Positions 37,371 to 40,023 of a stretch of DNA of 40,023 nucleotides are shown in pieces. The notes under the pieces are model-generated. The model was given only the letters and a program-made list of their open reading frames with translations, had not been told where the DNA came from and ran no database searches. The number at the start of each line of letters is the position of its first letter. The stretch's first letter is position 1. The translations under genes and the position numbers were made by a program. Source of the DNA: Candidatus Bathyarchaeia archaeon (GTDB taxonomy: Archaea > Thermoproteota > Bathyarchaeia > Bathyarchaeales > Bathycorpusculaceae); contig JAVZLK010000012.1 of NCBI GenBank assembly GCA_038883795.1, positions 1 through 40,023 of the forward strand. Direction: 5' to 3'.

Positions 37371-38303
37371 ATGATGGCTTGCAATATTTTAATTTGGAAA
37401 ATGTGCTCAGAACACAAAAAAGAGGATAAAGCATCTGAATTAACAACCACACAGTATCTAGTTGAAACGATTAAGCAACTTCAAGCAGAGATTGAAAACC
37501 TTAAAGCAGAACTGAAGAAGGTTAAAGGCATTCCATCAGGGAAAATGGGTTTAGCCTTCATAATACCGGGTGTACTGGCACTCACCCTTGCTGTGGTATA
37601 TAACTCAAATATCTTGGCCTTCATAGGTTTGGGTCTAACCTTCTGGGGTGCCCTCTTCTTTTTTATAAGACCGTTAGGATATGTTCCAAGCAGTCTGTTA
37701 GACTCCACAGCTATATCCACATACACGACAATTGACAGAATAATAAGGGATTTAAAATTTAAGGGCAAAAGTTATTATATACCGCCTTACCCGAAAGAGG
37801 TTTACCTTCCAGACTACTTAAAAGGTCTTAAAGACCCCGTCGTATTTATTTCAGCAGACACCGGTGGCACCCCGTCAATAGAGGAGTTAGCGAAAGGCAA
37901 ATTCTTCCTTAAAAATCCAAATGGGATATGTATCGCCCCGCCGGGATTAGGACTTTTAGCGCAGTTTGAAAAGGAATTAAGGAGAGACTTGGCGAAATTT
38001 CAGCTAGCTGAATTGTGTGAAACTCTTCCGTCGATAATTGTTGAGAGTTTGCAATTGGCTAAAGAAGTGGAAATGAAGATTGAAGATGGACAAGTTTACC
38101 TTAAAATGTTAGATTCAGTCCATAAAGATCTATATAGGCTTGAGGAAAACCTTAAAAGTGTTCACATGCTTGGATGCCCAGTCGCAAGTGCTATAGCCTG
38201 TGCGCTTGCTAAGACTTCTGGAAAAATGGTTACATTGCAGAAAGACGATGTGTCTGTTGATGGACGAACCATTGAGGTTTGGTACCGCATGATAGAGGGT
38301 TAA
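37371..38303 (+). CDS. conserved archaeal membrane protein with C-terminal V4R-like region
   Basis: Coiled coil, two TMs (LAFIGLGLTFWG), YIPP, PPGLGL, GCPVASAIACALAK. Confidence 0.65.
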   Translation: MMACNILIWKMCSEHKKEDKASELTTTQYLVETIKQLQAEIENLKAELKKVKGIPSGKMGLAFIIPGVLALTLAVVYNSNILAFIGLGLTFWGALFFFIRPLGYVPSSLLDSTAISTYTTIDRIIRDLKFKGKSYYIPPYPKEVYLPDYLKGLKDPVVFISADTGGTPSIEELAKGKFFLKNPNGICIAPPGLGLLAQFEKELRRDLAKFQLAELCETLPSIIVESLQLAKEVEMKIEDGQVYLKMLDSVHKDLYRLEENLKSVHMLGCPVASAIACALAKTSGKMVTLQKDDVSVDGRTIEVWYRMIEG

Positions 38304-38306
38304 GGC

Positions 38307-38513
38307 ATGAAGTTTCCAATGTCATTGTCAGACATAAGCCTATGGTTAGCTGTCATGGCAATAATTTTACTTATAACGTCAGAACTCATATCTTCAGCAA
38401 CCGAATACTCATCAAGATTGATTATTAAAAAGAAACGTCTCAGACTTGTTGCCCTCGCATTGGGTTTAGGATTCATGGTCACGGTAGTTATGCGCATATT
38501 TCAACCTTTCTAA
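38307..38513 (+). CDS. small two-TM membrane protein
   Basis: Two hydrophobic helices separated by IIKKKRLR; starts 3 nt after the upstream stop. Confidence 0.65.
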   Translation: MKFPMSLSDISLWLAVMAIILLITSELISSATEYSSRLIIKKKRLRLVALALGLGFMVTVVMRIFQPF

Positions 38514-38550
38514 TACCGCACTGCCGACCAAAGTAAAAATAGGAGTCGAG

Positions 38551-39003
38551 TTAGTATTCTGTTCCTGTTATAACAATAGTGAATGAAAAATTGCCACTAG
38601 CAGCGTTTGATGCTACCCGAAGAGTGAACGTTCCCTTAATAGGCTGTTGATTTACCTCTAAAACTAGACCCTCAAGATCCCATGTTAAAGTTAGATAGTT
38701 TTTGGCATTGGAAGGGCTCCAGTTTTCCGTTGTCATATTAAGCTTTACTCTAGAGTTTCCAGTGTTTTTCACCCAGAAATCTCTTGTATAGCTTTTTTCC
38801 TTTTCCAAATTGCCCCAGCTAATTGAGTTCAAAACTGTGGTGCATTCTTGATTGCTGTACACGCTGATTCCAATGGTTTTTACGTTTCCACTGTTTGTGA
38901 TTGTATGATAGACCGGAGACAAACCTGCTACCAGAGCAACAATAACCATAACTGTTAATGCCACGGATAATATAGCAACCATATTTATTTTTTGTGGCTC
39001 CAT
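38551..39003 (-). CDS. exported beta-sandwich protein, paralog of 32502..33053
   Basis: N-terminal TM, ITNSGNVKTIGISVY...ISWG...FWVKNTGN...NWSP..A..YLTLTW...FSFTIVI. Confidence 0.75.
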   Translation of the reverse strand: MEPQKINMVAILSVALTVMVIVALVAGLSPVYHTITNSGNVKTIGISVYSNQECTTVLNSISWGNLEKEKSYTRDFWVKNTGNSRVKLNMTTENWSPSNAKNYLTLTWDLEGLVLEVNQQPIKGTFTLRVASNAASGNFSFTIVITGTEY

Positions 39004-39195
39004 GTTTTTAAACCTCGTGAGAAAAACGTTTCGTAAGTCTTAATAAATATTACTGTTCACTTATACAACACAAATACACAAACAAATATCCCCAAAAGCC
39101 TACAATTATAAAGGCTGTTTAACACCTATCACTTTAAGCCAAAACTTGAAAAACATGAACTGAATAAACCCAAAATTCAATTATAAACTTATATA

Positions 39196-39242
39196 GTGTT
39201 AATGGCCATTCAGCTGGTATAAAATCCGGCGGCCATTAACAC
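39196..39242. repeat. 12-bp perfect inverted repeat with nested hairpin
   Basis: GTGTTAATGGCC (39196-39207) / GGCCATTAACAC (39231-39242), enclosing GCTGG-TATAAAAT-CCGGC. Confidence 0.85.
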
Positions 39243-40023
39243 CTACTTTTAACTCTAAACATGTCAGTCATATTCCTTTTGTTGCCCTAAAATCTTCTAT
39301 AAGATGCGTGAACAAGAAACTGATGTTTTAATTCAATCAACAAAATGTAGGTGATTCCTGGCGTTATGGCGTGCACTGTCATTGCCTACATTTCATGTCA
39401 ATTGTGCTATATCCCTTTCTGCGTATATTCAAGCAAAAAGCAATATCCTTTGCATTAAAAAGTTGACAACGTACTTGGCATATTTGACACTTGCGAAAAA
39501 CGGTCTCTTATTCTTCCGAAAAAGAAAATAGCAAGCCAATAAATAAAAACCTACGGGGTCAGGTGAAAAACAAGGCGGGGTTGCCCTAGCTTCAAATTTT
39601 ACTGGTGATTTCTCCCGCGCACCCCCATTTTTCTGTTTTATTTAATATAGGATCAAAATTTGCTTCACTCTCACTTATGCAAAATAGGAACTTCTATATA
39701 TAGAAAAATCTATACTAGGATAGGCGCATTCCGCTTTTCTTTTATCAGCGACTAACAGAAACTGTAACTCGGGCGCGTTCTATGGATTTTCTTTTCAACC
39801 TAACTTTATTTAATACAGTAACAGAAACAACACAGACAGCGCTAATAAGATTTAAGATTATTTTAAGATTATGAGCGAAAGCCTAGGCTTCTCTTTTTTA
39901 AAATCGCGATTGAAGTAATCATTGTGCTCGTAATTAAAATTATTACACTTTTTGTTATAGCTTAAGTAGCTTAAATCTCGGCAAGCTTCTTCGTGCGGTA
40001 GGCCCTTCTCGCTTTCTTTAGGC

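Noticed and set aside
803-38497. Numerous short antisense or nested ORFs in the six-frame track (e.g. 7429..7878, 30708..31157, 36911..37330)
   Set aside because: They lie opposite or inside well-supported genes and have no motifs; similarities among them just mirror the paralogy of the sense genes.
39429-39539. Small minus-strand ORF, with a Cys-rich alternative frame (KCQICQVRC...FC) suggesting another frameshifted gene
   Set aside because: Only 36 codons, no recognisable family, and the join needs an assumed indel; insufficient support.
39555-39627. tRNA-Sec (central CTTCAAA resembles a UCA anticodon loop)
   Set aside because: The flanks CTAG/TTTT do not form an anticodon stem, and there is no T loop or long variable arm.
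39004-40023. Replication origin
   Set aside because: AT-rich and ORF-free, but I found no repeated ORB-like boxes and there is no cdc6/orc1 gene in the window.
1-40023. CRISPR array, rRNA or IS transposase
   Set aside because: No regularly spaced repeats, rRNA-like segments or transposase motifs were seen.

Overview
Archaeal window, most likely Bathyarchaeia/TACK lineage (inferred from HTH_45 regulators, DUF1616/DUF2206 proteins, TTG/GTG starts, TATA-type promoters and the surface-protein families). Nt 1-589 look like the right end of an integrated element: a partial ASCH gene and a 26-bp tRNA 3'-end copy (putative att) in frame inside a small ORF. The rest is a large cell-surface glycosylation and protein-sorting locus. 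Its left part holds wHTH regulators, DUF1616, an oxidoreductase and an atypical tRNA-Cys. Next comes an AT-richer cassette with two CelD/BcsL (Fem-like GNAT) proteins, a frameshift-split tandem Cys-rich protein, a radical SAM enzyme, two PIG-L deacetylases, GT2/GT4 glycosyltransferases, a methyltransferase, a secreted glycoside hydrolase-like protein, a surface polysaccharide deacetylase and DUF2206. The right part holds a flippase, a Dol-P-sugar synthase, two PEF/PEP-CTERM-like substrates (one with thioester-domain motifs) and an exosortase fused to Zn-ribbon, EpsI-like and wHTH-like domains. Two candidate novel systems stand out, both hypotheses. (1) A tRNA-Cys with a rewired D/T-loop elbow sits directly upstream of Fem-like transferases and amino-sugar deacetylases, suggesting tRNA-dependent cysteinylation of an amino sugar. 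(2) An archaeal exosortase-EpsI-wHTH sorting system whose substrate genes share a TTCTATA-N7-TYCATA-N4-TATA promoter architecture. All family calls are by motif recognition; no searches were run.
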